64,000 bases of DNA from Candidatus Poriferihabitaceae bacterium (GTDB lineage Bacteria; Pseudomonadota; Gammaproteobacteria; Arenicellales; Poriferihabitantaceae), in the NCBI GenBank assembly GCA_965206445.1, contig CBDBJR010000001.1:146135-210134 (forward strand), in the 5' to 3' direction. Below, in pieces: positions 27,423 through 37,863 of the stretch. The first letter of the stretch is position 1; each line of letters opens with the position of its first letter. Both the position numbers and the translations under genes were made by a program. The notes beneath the pieces were generated by a model. The model did no database searches, was not told the origin of the DNA, and saw nothing but the letters and a program-made list of their open reading frames with translations.

Positions 27423-29348
27423 CTACGGTTGTGCATAGCCCAGCGTCTGCAATGCTTTGGCGATGTTGTGCAAAATCTCCGGGTCGTCGACGGTGGCCGG
27501 CATTTCCCACGCCTGTCCGTCGGCAATTTTTTTCATCGTGCCGCGCAGAATTTTGCCTGAACGGGTTTTCGGCAGGTGATCGATCACCACTGCCAGCTTA
27601 AACGCCGCCACCGGGCCGATTCTCTCTCTGACCAACTGAATGCACTCGTCGACAATGGCCTGATGCGGCCGCTCAACCCCCGCGTTGAGCACCAGACAGC
27701 CGAGCGGCAATTCGCCCTTCAGCGGGTCGTGCACCCCCATGACCGCGCACTCGGCCACCTCCGGGTGCGACGCCAGCACCTCTTCGACCGCGCCGGTCGA
27801 CAGCCGGTGGCCGGCGACGTTGATGACGTCGTCGGTTCTCGACATGATGAATACATAGCCGTCTTCGTCGATGTAGCCGGCGTCCCCGCTTTCGTAAAAC
27901 CCGGGGAAGTTTTTCAGATAGGCGTCAAAATGGCGCTGCCGGGCATTCCACAGCGACAAAAAAGTGCCCGGCGGCAGCGGCAGTTTCGCCACCAGCGCGC
28001 CGATGTCGCCGGGTTTAACCTGATTGCCCTGTTGATCCAGCGCCTGCAATTGCCACCCCGGGGCCGACCGGGACGACGAGCCCTGCTTGATCGGCAGCGG
28101 CTCGATGCCGATACAGTTGGCGCAGATCGCCCAGCCGGTCTCGGTCTGCCACCAGTGGTCGATCACCTGTACGCCGAGTTTTTCCTGCGCCCAGTTCAGC
28201 GTATCCGGGTCGGTTCGCTCGCCCGCCAGAAACAGGGTTTGCAGACAGCCGAGGTCATATTTTTTCAACTCGCCGGCGGTCGGGTCTTCCCGCCGGATTG
28301 CGCGCAGCGCGGTCGGGGCGGTGAACAGCACCTTGACGTTGTGCTCACTGATCACGCGCCAGAATACCCCCGGATCCGGCGTGCCGACCGGTTTGCCCTC
28401 AAACAGCACCGTGGTATTGGCGTTGAACAGCGGCGCGTAGACGATATAGGAATGCCCCACCACCCAGCCAATGTCGGAGGCCGACCAGTACACATCCCCC
28501 GGTTCGACGTTGTAGACGTGTTTCATCGTCCACTTCAGCGCCACAATCGTGCCGCCGGTGTCGTGGACGACGCCTTTGGGCTGGCCGGTGGTGCCCGAGG
28601 TGTACAGGATATACAACGGATCGACCGCGGCGACGGCAACACAGTCGGCGTCCTGCGCCTGCGCCAGCGCCGTGTCCAGGTCGAGATCGCGCCCGGCTAT
28701 CAGCTCGGCGGTGGCCTGCGGGCGCTGCATAATCAAACAGTGCGCCGGCTGGTGCGTGGCCAGCTCGAGCGCGCGGTCCAGCAGCGGTTTGTACGCCACC
28801 ACGCGCCCCGGTTCCAGCCCGCAGGAGGCCGATACCACCAGTTTCGGCTGGCAGTCATCGATCCGCACCGCCAGCTCATTCGCGGCAAAGCCGCCAAAAA
28901 CCACCGAATGGACGGCCCCGATGCGCGCGCACGCCAGCATCGCCATCACCGCCTCGGGCACCATCGGCATGTAGATAATGACCCGGTCGCCGTACTCCAC
29001 GCCCTGCGCCCGCATTGCTCCGGCAAAGCGGGCCACCCGCGCCTGTAGTTCGCGGTAGGTGATGCTTTGCCGGGTGGCGGTAATCGCGCTGTCGTGTATC
29101 AGGGCCGCCTGTTCACCGCGCCCCTGCTGCACGTGCAGATCGACCGCGTTGTAGCAGGCATTGGTGGTCGCCCCGGGAAACCAGCGGTAAAACGGTTTGT
29201 CGCTGTCATCCAACACCCGATCCCACTTTTTGTACCAGTGCACGGCCTGCGCCACTTCGGCCCAGAATGCCTCGGGGTGTTGTATGCTGCGCCGGTAAAT
29301 TTCGTCAAAATCGGCGTGCGGGCTGGGGGTGATATTTGTCATGGTCAC
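27423..29348 (-). CDS. Acyl-CoA synthetase of the acetate/propionate-CoA ligase family (PrpE-like)
   Basis: 641 aa. YTSGTTGQPKGV, YESGDAGYIDEDGY and LPKTRSGKILR. The N-terminal region is typical of the ACS/PrpE family. Confidence 0.75.
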   Translation of the reverse strand: MTMTNITPSPHADFDEIYRRSIQHPEAFWAEVAQAVHWYKKWDRVLDDSDKPFYRWFPGATTNACYNAVDLHVQQGRGEQAALIHDSAITATRQSITYRELQARVARFAGAMRAQGVEYGDRVIIYMPMVPEAVMAMLACARIGAVHSVVFGGFAANELAVRIDDCQPKLVVSASCGLEPGRVVAYKPLLDRALELATHQPAHCLIMQRPQATAELIAGRDLDLDTALAQAQDADCVAVAAVDPLYILYTSGTTGQPKGVVHDTGGTIVALKWTMKHVYNVEPGDVYWSASDIGWVVGHSYIVYAPLFNANTTVLFEGKPVGTPDPGVFWRVISEHNVKVLFTAPTALRAIRREDPTAGELKKYDLGCLQTLFLAGERTDPDTLNWAQEKLGVQVIDHWWQTETGWAICANCIGIEPLPIKQGSSSRSAPGWQLQALDQQGNQVKPGDIGALVAKLPLPPGTFLSLWNARQRHFDAYLKNFPGFYESGDAGYIDEDGYVFIMSRTDDVINVAGHRLSTGAVEEVLASHPEVAECAVMGVHDPLKGELPLGCLVLNAGVERPHQAIVDECIQLVRERIGPVAAFKLAVVIDHLPKTRSGKILRGTMKKIADGQAWEMPATVDDPEILHNIAKALQTLGYAQP

Positions 29349-29653
29349 TCTGAATTAGGTTCTATTTTCTGTTCACCGGCCGCATACGGCTGATGCGATA
29401 CAATCCGCCTTGATGGTACACCAACCGCGAGGGGGGCGTAACCTGTACGCCCGCGGGGCACCCGCAAAAAAGGAGAGGGCCATTCCTGTCCGCTGTTAAA
29501 ACGGGGGACCGGAATGTCCCCCCGTTGGTGTATCTTTTCGCCGCCGGTTCGGGTATCGTTGCGTCTGCCGTGCACCTGTCGGGCGATTCGATTGGCTTGC
29601 GCCGATCCCTGCCGCCGGGGCGTTCCGATTATACTTCAACCCGCCTGATTCTC

Positions 29654-30430
29654 ATGCCTTATCACCATCTCCTGATTGAAACCCACGACCGAGTCGGGCT
29701 GATTCGGCTCAACCGGCCGCAGGCGCTGAATGCGCTGTGCAGTGAACTGATGATCGAATTGAGCCGGGCGCTGGTCGCCTTTGAGGCCGACGATCAGATT
29801 GGCGCGATCATCATCACCGGGGATGAAAAGGCGTTTGCCGCCGGCGCCGATATTGCCGAGATGAAAGACAAGTCCTACATGGATGTGTATAAGCAGGACT
29901 TCATCACCGACAACTGGGAGCAGGTCAAGCGCTGCCGAAAACCGGTGATTGCCGCGGTCAGCGGCTATGCGCTGGGCGGCGGTTGCGAGCTCGCGATGAT
30001 GTGTGATTTTATCGTGGCCGCCGAATCGGCGCAGTTCGGTCAGCCGGAAATCAAACTCGGCATCATTCCGGGCGCCGGCGGCACGCAGCGATTGACCCGC
30101 CTGGTGGGCAAATCCAAGGCCATGGATTTATGCCTGACCGGGCGCATGATGGACGCCGAAGAGGCGGAGCGCTGCGGCCTGGTCGCCCGCATTGTGCCCA
30201 CCCCGGACCTGCTGGCGGAAGCCCTGAAAATCGCCCATACCGTTGCCGAAAAATCCCTGCCGGCGTTGCTGGCCTGCAAGGAATCGGTTAACCGCGCCTA
30301 TGAAACCGGCCTGGCGGACGGGCTGCTGTTTGAGCGGCGGCAGTTTCATGCCTTGTTTGCGGTGCAGGATCAAAAAGAAGGCATGGCGGCATTTATCGAA
30401 AAGCGCAAACCGAATTGGCAGCACCGCTAA
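29654..30430 (+). CDS. Enoyl-CoA hydratase (crotonase family)
   Basis: Trimmed to [28 protein letters not shown]. Active-site region [19 protein letters not shown]. Confidence 0.85.
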   Translation: MPYHHLLIETHDRVGLIRLNRPQALNALCSELMIELSRALVAFEADDQIGAIIITGDEKAFAAGADIAEMKDKSYMDVYKQDFITDNWEQVKRCRKPVIAAVSGYALGGGCELAMMCDFIVAAESAQFGQPEIKLGIIPGAGGTQRLTRLVGKSKAMDLCLTGRMMDAEEAERCGLVARIVPTPDLLAEALKIAHTVAEKSLPALLACKESVNRAYETGLADGLLFERRQFHALFAVQDQKEGMAAFIEKRKPNWQHR

Positions 30431-30514
30431 CGCGGCGCCCGGCTACTCGATGCGCATGCCCGCGCCCGGCTTTACCCGCGCCCGCCGACTCGAACCCGAT
30501 ACGGCGCAGCTACC

Positions 30515-31735
30515 ATGAGACCGATTAACCTGCCGACCAACTGGCGCACCCCGCTGCTGGTGATTATCGCCGGCTGTTTGATTTCGGTTGTCGGCTTCGG
30601 TATCCGCTCCGCTCTGGGCCTGTTTCTCGAGCCGATGACCGTCGCCAGAGACTGGTCGCGCGAGACGTTTGGCCTGGCGATGGCGCTGCAGAATCTCTTT
30701 TGGGGCCTCGCGCTGCCGTTTGCCGGATTCATCACCGACAAGGCCGGCCCGGTCAAAGTGATTATTTTCGGCGCCGTGCTCTATTGCCTGGGGCTTGCCG
30801 GAATGGGCGCCGCAGAATCGCCGACGATGCTGTATCTCACCGGCGGCGTGCTGGCCGGCACCGGGATCGGGTTTTCCGCCTTTACGCTGGCGCTGGCCAC
30901 GATGGTGCGCGTCGTTGGCGCCAACAAGCGCTCGCTGGTGCTGGGCCTGGGGACGGCCGCCGGGTCGCTCGGCCAGGTGATCTTTTCCCCGATCAACCAG
31001 GGGCTGATTGCCGCCTATGGCTGGCATATCACGCTGATGTTGATGGCGGCGACGACATTGGTGATGATTCCGCTGGCGCTGGCACTGCCCGGTGAACCCG
31101 GTGCGACCTCTGATCTCGGACAGCAGCAGTCGATCAAGCAGGTATTGGCCGAGGCGGCGACGCAGCGCGGCTATGTTCTGCTCACCATCGGTTTCTTTGT
31201 CTGCGGTTTTCATGTGGCGTTTATCACCGTCCATTTTCCCGCCTACGTACAGGATCTTGGCCTCGACCCGGCGATCGGGGCCTACTCCCTTGCGCTGATT
31301 GGGTTGATGAATATTGCCGGCTCGTTTATGTCCGGCGTGGCGGGACAGCATTGGAGCAAAAAATACTCGCTCAGTTTTATTTACACCGCCCGCGCCGTTG
31401 CCATTGCCGCGTTGTTGATCCTGCCCAAGACGCCGCTGGTGATTTATTTATTTGCCGGCACGATGGGGATTCTCTGGCTGTCCACGGTGCCGTTGACGAC
31501 CGGCATCGTGGCGCAGATTTTCGGCGTTCAGCATATGGCAACGCTGTTTGGCATCGTGTTTCTCAGCCACCAGCTCGGCAGCTTTACCGGCGTCTGGCTG
31601 GGCGGTCGTCTGTTCGATCAAACCGGCTCTTATGATGCCATGTGGTGGGCCGGCATTGTCACCGGGGTGCTGGCGGCGATGATCCATCTGCCGATTGATG
31701 AGCGGCCATTGCCCAGATTGGCAACCGCAGGATGA
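30515..31735 (+). CDS. MFS transporter
   Basis: 406 aa with about 12 hydrophobic segments in the two-halves MFS layout. Confidence 0.7.
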   Translation: MRPINLPTNWRTPLLVIIAGCLISVVGFGIRSALGLFLEPMTVARDWSRETFGLAMALQNLFWGLALPFAGFITDKAGPVKVIIFGAVLYCLGLAGMGAAESPTMLYLTGGVLAGTGIGFSAFTLALATMVRVVGANKRSLVLGLGTAAGSLGQVIFSPINQGLIAAYGWHITLMLMAATTLVMIPLALALPGEPGATSDLGQQQSIKQVLAEAATQRGYVLLTIGFFVCGFHVAFITVHFPAYVQDLGLDPAIGAYSLALIGLMNIAGSFMSGVAGQHWSKKYSLSFIYTARAVAIAALLILPKTPLVIYLFAGTMGILWLSTVPLTTGIVAQIFGVQHMATLFGIVFLSHQLGSFTGVWLGGRLFDQTGSYDAMWWAGIVTGVLAAMIHLPIDERPLPRLATAG

Positions 31736-31774
31736 GGCCGGGCGGCCTCCGTTTGGCCGCCGAGGTGCCGCGGA

Positions 31775-34027
31775 TCAGGCCGCGGTAATCTCCAGTGTCA
31801 ATCCGTCGCCGTCGCACTTGACGGTCACCTGCCCGCCTTTGGTCAGCCGGCCAAACAGCAGCTCTTCCGCCAACGGTTTTTTGATGTGATCCTGTATCAC
31901 CCGCGCCATCGGCCGGGCGCCCATGGCGCGATCATAGCCCTTGTCCGCCAGCCACTGCATTGCCGCATCGGCGACCTCAAGCGACACCTGCTTTTCCGTC
32001 AACTGATGCTCCAATTGCAGTATAAACTTGCGCACAACATGCAGGATCGTGTCCGGGTTCAAGCTGTTGAAACCAATAATGCCATCCAGACGATTACGAA
32101 ACTCGGGGCTGAAGGCTTTCTTAATCACCCCCATATCGTCCTGTTGATTGTCCTGCTCGACAAAGCCAATCGACGGTCGGGCCGCCGCCTCGGCGCCCGC
32201 ATTGGTCGTCATAATCAGGATCACATTGCGAAAATCCGATTTTCGACCGTTGCTATCGGTCAAACTGCCGTAATCCATCACTTGCAGCAGGACATTGAAC
32301 ACATCCGGGTGGGCCTTTTCAATTTCATCGAACAACAGTACCGCATACGGCTGTTTGTGCACCGCATCGGTCAACAGCCCGCCCTGATCGAAGCCGACAT
32401 AGCCGGGCGGGGCGCCGATCAGGCGTGAAACGGTATGGCGCTCCATATATTCGGACATATCGAAGCGGATAAATTCGATGCCGAGCGTGTAGGCCAACTG
32501 CCGGGTGATCTCGGTTTTGCCCACGCCGGTGGGGCCGGAAAACAAAAACGACGCAATCGGTTTATCGCTATTGCCCAGCCCGGAGCGCGCCATTTTGATC
32601 GCGCCGGCCAGCCGGCCAATCGCATCGTCCTGACCGAAAACCACCATCTTCAAATCGCGCTCAAGGTTTTTCAGCGACTTTAAATCGGACGCCGACACAT
32701 GCTTCGGCGGAATTCGCGCCATATCGGCGACCATGCTCTCGATTTCTTTGACCCCGATGGTTTTTTTCTGCTTGTCCGGGGCGGCCAGCCGGGTTTTTGC
32801 GCCCGCTTCATCGATAACGTCAATCGCCGTATCGGGCAGTTGCCGTTCAGATAAATATCGGGCCGACAGCTCCACTGCGCAGCGCAACGCGGGCCGCGTG
32901 TATTTGACCTCGTGATAGGCCTCGAATCGGGATTTCAGCCCCTGCAGAATTTCCACCGCCTCTTTGATGCTCGGCTGCGAAATATCGATTTTCTGGAAGC
33001 GTCGGGAAAGCGCGCGGTCTTTTTCGAAAATGCCGCGGTACTCCTGATAGGTGGTCGAGCCGATGCATTTAAGCGCGCCCGACGCCAGCATGGGTTTGAG
33101 CAGATTGGAGGCATCCAGCGAACCGCCGGACACCGCGCCGGCGCCGATAATAACGTGGATTTCATCGATAAACAAAATCGCGCCGGGCTGATCGTGCAGT
33201 GCCTTTAACACCATCTTCAGCCGTTGTTCAAAGTCACCCCGGTACTTTGCGCCCGCCAGCAGTGCGCCCATATCGAGCGAGTAAATTACACTTTCGGCGA
33301 GCACTTCCGGCACCTCCCGGCCGACAATTTTGTTTGCCAGGCCCTCTGCCAGGGCGGTTTTGCCGACCCCCGACTCGCCGACAAACAACGGATTGTTTTT
33401 ACGCCGCCGGCAAAGGATTTGCACGGTCCGTTCCAATTCCTTGTGCCGGCCGACCAGCGGATCGATCTTGCCCTCTTCGGCCAGCTGATTGAGGTTAATG
33501 GTGTAGCTCTCCAGCGGCCCGGAACCGTCCGCCGCACTGTCATCCTGTTCAGACTGCTGCTCCTGACCGGGCGACGGTAAACGGCCATTGCCCGCCACCT
33601 TGGCGATCCCGTGGGAAATATAATTCACGATATCCAGTCGGCTGATGTCCTGCTGACTGAGAAAATAGACCGCGTGAGATTCTTTTTCCCCAAACACCGA
33701 GACCAAAACATTGGTGCCCTCAACCTGCTTCTTGCCGGAGCTTTGTACATGCACAACAGCGCGCTGCAGCACCCGATGAAACCCCGTGCCGGGCTGCGGG
33801 TCAGCCGTACTGTCCTGATCCAGCAGCGGCATTTCCTTGCTTAAATACTCGGCCAGATCGCTTTTCAGTTTTGCAATGTCGCCGCCGCACGCCAGAATCA
33901 CGCTGCACGTTTTGGCGTCATCCAGCAGCGCATACAGCAAATGCTCCACGGTAATAAATTGATGGTGCTCTTCGCGTGCCAGCGTAACCGCGGCACCCAA
34001 TGCGATTTCAAGCTCTTCCGATAACAT
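31775..34027 (-). CDS. clpA: ATP-dependent Clp protease ATP-binding subunit ClpA
   Basis: Trimmed to [11 protein letters not shown].... Two AAA+ modules ([18 protein letters not shown]). Lies downstream of clpS. Confidence 0.9.
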   Translation of the reverse strand: MLSEELEIALGAAVTLAREEHHQFITVEHLLYALLDDAKTCSVILACGGDIAKLKSDLAEYLSKEMPLLDQDSTADPQPGTGFHRVLQRAVVHVQSSGKKQVEGTNVLVSVFGEKESHAVYFLSQQDISRLDIVNYISHGIAKVAGNGRLPSPGQEQQSEQDDSAADGSGPLESYTINLNQLAEEGKIDPLVGRHKELERTVQILCRRRKNNPLFVGESGVGKTALAEGLANKIVGREVPEVLAESVIYSLDMGALLAGAKYRGDFEQRLKMVLKALHDQPGAILFIDEIHVIIGAGAVSGGSLDASNLLKPMLASGALKCIGSTTYQEYRGIFEKDRALSRRFQKIDISQPSIKEAVEILQGLKSRFEAYHEVKYTRPALRCAVELSARYLSERQLPDTAIDVIDEAGAKTRLAAPDKQKKTIGVKEIESMVADMARIPPKHVSASDLKSLKNLERDLKMVVFGQDDAIGRLAGAIKMARSGLGNSDKPIASFLFSGPTGVGKTEITRQLAYTLGIEFIRFDMSEYMERHTVSRLIGAPPGYVGFDQGGLLTDAVHKQPYAVLLFDEIEKAHPDVFNVLLQVMDYGSLTDSNGRKSDFRNVILIMTTNAGAEAAARPSIGFVEQDNQQDDMGVIKKAFSPEFRNRLDGIIGFNSLNPDTILHVVRKFILQLEHQLTEKQVSLEVADAAMQWLADKGYDRAMGARPMARVIQDHIKKPLAEELLFGRLTKGGQVTVKCDGDGLTLEITAA

Positions 34028-34147
34028 CAATCTGTACCATTGAAAATTGTGACCCTGTGCGTCATTTCGGTGCCGGCCCGGCCTGCCTGTGCCCCGCCGA
34101 CAGAAAAAACCCGTACCGCAAGGCGGCGCCCGGCCCAAACGACGCGG

Positions 34148-34471
34148 CTACGCCGGCTCCAGCGTACACTGTAAAGGATGCTGCTCCTGTTTGGCGCAAT
34201 CCAGCACCAGACAGACCTTGGTTTCTGCAATTTCTCTGGCGTACACCCCGCAGACCCCCACCCCTTTGGTATGCACCTGGAGCATCACCTGCTCTGCTTT
34301 ACTCTGGTCCATATTGAAAAGCGTCACCAGCAAATAGACCACAAACTCCATCGGGGTGTAATCATCATTCAGCAGCAAAACTTTGTAAAGGGGTGGCTTT
34401 TTGGCCTTGGGCCGGGTGGTTTCCACAACCAGACCCAGTTCCACATCCGAGTCCTGCCGATTGTCTGACAT
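34148..34471 (-). CDS. clpS: ClpS adaptor protein
   Basis: 107 aa. [20 protein letters not shown]...[12 protein letters not shown]. Confidence 0.9.
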   Translation of the reverse strand: MSDNRQDSDVELGLVVETTRPKAKKPPLYKVLLLNDDYTPMEFVVYLLVTLFNMDQSKAEQVMLQVHTKGVGVCGVYAREIAETKVCLVLDCAKQEQHPLQCTLEPA

Positions 34472-34536
34472 CGCCGTATCGCCACTGGTAAATTAAAACC
34501 AATGCGCGCTCGAACCCAACCCGCGCCCGCGCACAA

Positions 34537-34923
34537 TCAAACCGAGCCGCTACCGCAGCCGCCGCATGTGCCGCTGCCGCCAACCGCCTGAAATACGTTG
34601 TTGAACACAAACGAGGCATTCAGGCCGTCGTCCACATAATCGACTTCCGCGCCGCCAAGAAAACCGAGTGCAATCGGGTCGATCACCAGCTTAAAGCCGC
34701 TGTCGTCCGCCATCACGCTATCGATCCGCTCTTCGTGCTCGGCAAAGGTCATGCCATAGTTCATGCCGGAGCAGCCGCTGCCGGTCACATAGATGCGCAC
34801 CGCGCCGGCTTCGCCATTGGTATCGCCTATCAGGCTGGTTATCTTGCCGCGCGCGCTGGGCGTGATGGCAAGGTCTGCTGCAGAGAGTATCTGGTTGTAT
34901 TCAGGCATGGTAGAATCCGGCAT
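34537..34923 (-). CDS. HesB/IscA-family Fe-S cluster carrier-like protein
   Basis: VTGSGCSGMNYGMTF and C-terminal GTCGGCGSGSV (Cys triad, with C-G-G-C spacing instead of the usual C-G-C). Confidence 0.6.
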   Translation of the reverse strand: MPDSTMPEYNQILSAADLAITPSARGKITSLIGDTNGEAGAVRIYVTGSGCSGMNYGMTFAEHEERIDSVMADDSGFKLVIDPIALGFLGGAEVDYVDDGLNASFVFNNVFQAVGGSGTCGGCGSGSV

Positions 34924-35101
34924 GAGTGAGTAAATTTGAGCTTATCTCAACGCTGCAATGGAGAATTCAGACCCGGCGTGCTGGTACGCAACGCCCGCCT
35001 CGATTGCTATCGTCAAGAAACGGTGTTGATACTATTGATATAGCCCTATTTGTGATCAATTTCAAGTCCCATTAAATTAAAAAAAATGTAACGGCTTCAA
35101 A

Positions 35102-35377
35102 ATGACCCGAACCGTAAACTGCGTGCTGCTTGGCACCCCGGCCGAAGGGCTGGAAAAACCGCCTTACCCCGGAGAATTGGGACAGCGGATTTATGACAAT
35201 GTTTCGGCCGAGGCGTGGCGGCAATGGCTGGAGCGGCTGGTCCTGATCGTGAATGAGTGTCAGTTGAATTCGGCCGACCCGGCAAATCAGGAGCTGGTGG
35301 AAAAACATCTGGTCGGTTTTCTGTTCAAGGAAGGCGACTACGGCGATTTGCCGGCCGGCTTTAACCCGCGCACGTAA
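35102..35377 (+). CDS. yggX: Fe(2+)-trafficking / oxidative-damage protection protein YggX
   Basis: 91 aa. MTRTVNCVLLG...LEKPPYPGELGQRIYDNVS.EAW.QWL. Confidence 0.85.
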   Translation: MTRTVNCVLLGTPAEGLEKPPYPGELGQRIYDNVSAEAWRQWLERLVLIVNECQLNSADPANQELVEKHLVGFLFKEGDYGDLPAGFNPRT

Positions 35378-35384
35378 ATCCATC

Positions 35385-35410
35385 AGCGTTGGCCGCCAGC
35401 GTTGGCCGCC
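35385..35410. repeat. 13-bp tandem duplication in the yggX/tatD convergent intergenic region
   Basis: agcgttggccgcc occurs twice back to back (35385-35397 and 35398-35410). Confidence 0.9.
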
Positions 35411-35420
35411 ATCCGCGCGG

Positions 35421-36194
35421 TCAGCGGACGGCCCGGCGGAACAGGGAAAAGAAATTCTCGGTCGTGGTGTGCGCCAGCTGTTCTACCGTTATCTGTCGCA
35501 GCTCGGCAAGAAATTCGACCGTATGGCGGACGAAGCCCGGTTCATTGGTTTTACCGCGATGCGGAACCGGCGCAAGGTATGGGCAATCGGTTTCAACCAG
35601 CATCCGATCGAGCGGCACTTGGCGCGCCACCTGGCGCAGGTCTTCGGCATTTTTGAAGGTCACAATGCCGGAGAACGAAATATAAAATCCGAGATCCAGT
35701 GCGCGGCGGGCAGTCTGCCAGTCTTCAGAAAAACAATGCATCACCCCACCCGCCTGATCGGCGTGTTGGGATTGCAGCATGCGCATGGTATCGTCGGCGG
35801 CCGCGCGGGTATGAATAATCAGCGGCTTATCGGCTATTTTGGCCGCCTCGATGTGCCGGCTGAAACGCGCCAACTGCCAGTCCGGGGCATCTCCGCTGCG
35901 AAAATAATCGAGCCCGGTTTCGCCGATGGCAACCACTTTCGGGTTGTGCGCGGCGGCAACCAGCTCGTCGACTTCCGGTTCATGGACGCCGGTATAGGTC
36001 GGATGAACGCCGACAGAAGAAAAAATATTGGCATGCCGGTCGGCAAGCTGTTCTATCTGCGGGTAGTCTTCCATATTGACGGCAACGCACAGCATATACG
36101 CCACCTGATTGTCCGCCGCCCGCCCAAGCACGGCCGGCAAGTCGGCGCTCAGCGCGTCAAAATTAATATGGCAATGGGAATCGACTATCTGCAT
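35421..36194 (-). CDS. tatD: TatD-family metal-dependent hydrolase/DNase (YcfH-like)
   Basis: MQIVDSHCHINF, internal metal-ligand His/Glu/Asp pattern, 257 aa. Downstream of pilZ, as in many gammaproteobacteria. Confidence 0.85.
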   Translation of the reverse strand: MQIVDSHCHINFDALSADLPAVLGRAADNQVAYMLCVAVNMEDYPQIEQLADRHANIFSSVGVHPTYTGVHEPEVDELVAAAHNPKVVAIGETGLDYFRSGDAPDWQLARFSRHIEAAKIADKPLIIHTRAAADDTMRMLQSQHADQAGGVMHCFSEDWQTARRALDLGFYISFSGIVTFKNAEDLRQVARQVPLDRMLVETDCPYLAPVPHRGKTNEPGFVRHTVEFLAELRQITVEQLAHTTTENFFSLFRRAVR

Positions 36195-36368
36195 ATCGCT
36201 GACCCGGAATCCGCCTGTCGGGCTTGTGTGCCGAATGACAAAGCGGGCTCAGGCCCTGTTTCTATTGGTCTTTTCGGTGGGTGATTGACGGTTAATTGAC
36301 GCTTGATCGAATCGAATACGGGGCGACGGCTGATTGCTGTACCGGCGCGGTGGGCGCAGCAGACTACG

Positions 36369-36785
36369 TTACATGGTATACGTTGCCCCGCTGTCCTGCA
36401 CCTCGTCCAGCAAATTTTCGATACGCACGCGCAGCGCGTTGCCTTCCCGCCCCCGGAACTCGATCCCGACCCCTTGCCCGCGCCGGCCCATGACGTCGCG
36501 CGGCGTTTGCCACACCACGACGCCGGGCACCGAAACGGGGGCGCTCTCCTCGGGCAGTACGACCAGCAAAAAAACCTCGTCGCCGATCCGGTATGACTGC
36601 GGGGTGGGGAAAAACAAACCGCCGCTTTTTAGAAACGGCATATACGCCTTTTTCAGGATTTTCCGGCTGGTATAGTGCAGCGACACCACCGCCGGTCGCG
36701 CGGCGGCGCTGTCCTCCATCAACCCGGCGCCGGCTTGCACGTTACCGGACACCGGCGACAGGTTCGGCCTTTTCTGCTCTGACAT
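36369..36785 (-). CDS. pilZ: PilZ-domain protein (type IV pilus assembly PilZ-like)
   Basis: Trimmed to MSEQKRPN.... YMPFLKSGGLFFPT...GDEVFLLVVLP...GVGIEF. Confidence 0.7.
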   Translation of the reverse strand: MSEQKRPNLSPVSGNVQAGAGLMEDSAAARPAVVSLHYTSRKILKKAYMPFLKSGGLFFPTPQSYRIGDEVFLLVVLPEESAPVSVPGVVVWQTPRDVMGRRGQGVGIEFRGREGNALRVRIENLLDEVQDSGATYTM

Positions 36786-36831
36786 GGGGGCATTATACGC
36801 CGGCATTGCGCCCGGAAACAAATCCGGTTTT

Positions 36832-37662
36832 TTAGTCGTTTTCTTGTTCCGCCTCTATCCGCTCGCCGAGCACGTGGCCGAAATTCAGGCTGTGATACGC
36901 AAAACCACATTCGATTGTCGGTTTGATCACCCGAAAATAGGGCGACAGATCGAAATCTCTGGGGGTAAACAAGCTATGGTGGCGGATGTGAAAAATTTTC
37001 TGCTCCCGATAACGGTAGGGGGAAACCACGGTTTTACGCTCCACGCGCGGCAAAATGGGGTAGGGGATTGACTGAAAACTTTCCGCAATCAGGGTGGAGC
37101 AAATTGCCTGCGACGGATCGCCGCTGCCAAACGTCAGCAGGCGCCGCCGAAACCGCGTGGGCACCGGCGGTGTCGGAAACAAATACCGCGCCAGGTCAAA
37201 AATGTGTTTTAAGTCATACTGCTTGCCCAGACTGCCGACCATCAACTCGACCACCTTGTCCTGATCCTGCCGGCGCAGCCCCACCGGTCGGCAAATCCGG
37301 GTATTGTGCTTGCGGTATTTAGACAGCGGTGAGGCAATCACGCCTTCGGTCAGTTCGGCCTCGACCAGCGGACAGGGTTCGCTATTGGCGGTAAATTTCC
37401 CGGTCTTATCGCCCGCATAAAACGCCGCGTGCGACCAGGTGGATTGGGTCAGATACTTGATCGCGGTACTGATGCGCGAATTGCCCTCCACCAGCAAGAC
37501 ATCGCCCGGCTCGAGCCACTGCTCCAAAACCGCGACATCATTGGTGGAAAATATTTCATAGTGTCCCCGCGGCTGACTCACATAGCGGGCTATCCGATGT
37601 CCCAGCTTGAACCTGCAGCGGGCTATCCAATGTCCCAACTTGAGCCTGGCGGAAGTTAACAT
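36832..37662 (-). CDS. YiiX/YaeF-like permuted papain-fold (NlpC/P60 superfamily) hydrolase
   Basis: PGDVLLVEGNSRISTAIKYLTQSTWSHAAFY...LVEAELTEGV...AICSTLIAESF. The start is uncertain, and the N-terminus contains a 33-bp duplication. Confidence 0.5.
   Translation of the reverse strand: MLTSARLKLGHWIARCRFKLGHRIARYVSQPRGHYEIFSTNDVAVLEQWLEPGDVLLVEGNSRISTAIKYLTQSTWSHAAFYAGDKTGKFTANSEPCPLVEAELTEGVIASPLSKYRKHNTRICRPVGLRRQDQDKVVELMVGSLGKQYDLKHIFDLARYLFPTPPVPTRFRRRLLTFGSGDPSQAICSTLIAESFQSIPYPILPRVERKTVVSPYRYREQKIFHIRHHSLFTPRDFDLSPYFRVIKPTIECGFAYHSLNFGHVLGERIEAEQEND
37584..37649. repeat. 33-bp in-frame tandem duplication (4 mismatches) at the 5' end of the YiiX-like ORF
   Basis: agcgggctatccgatgtcccagcttgaacctgc / agcgggctatccaatgtcccaacttgagcctgg. 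Encodes KLGHWIARCRF / KLGHRIARYVS. Confidence 0.85.
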
Positions 37663-37752
37663 AGGTGTTCACCGTTATTCGCTGCAAACCGGTTCATCGC
37701 GGACGCCAATCACCCTAAGCGCACGGCATCCGGCGCGCGCCGCCGCCCGGAC

Positions 37753-37863
37753 TCAACGCCGCCGCAGCCACTCCCTGAATCCGCGCAGCAGCCAGCCCAG
37801 AGAAAATGCCAGCACCGCGACCAGCACCAGCGTCCCGAGTATTTCCAAAAACAGGTATCCCAT
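37753..37863 (-). CDS. 36-aa single-TM small protein (hypothetical)
   Basis: Below the ORF-track size cut-off. My translation is MGYLFLEILGTLVLVAVLAFSLGWLLRGFREWLRRR*. Its ATG is the last in a chain of TAATG overlaps downstream of the BON gene. Confidence 0.35.
   Translation of the reverse strand: MGYLFLEILGTLVLVAVLAFSLGWLLRGFREWLRRR

Noticed and set aside
31734-31754. Hairpin GAGGCC-gggc-GGCCTC between the convergent MFS and clpA genes, considered as a bidirectional terminator
   Set aside because: The stem is only 6 bp. Only a 3-T run follows on the plus strand and none on the minus strand. This is too weak to call.
34537-34923. Unusual C-terminal CGGCG spacing in the HesB/IscA-like protein, considered as a possible novel feature
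   Set aside because: All three Cys ligands are present. The variant spacing is plausibly normal subfamily variation and I have no basis to call it unusual.
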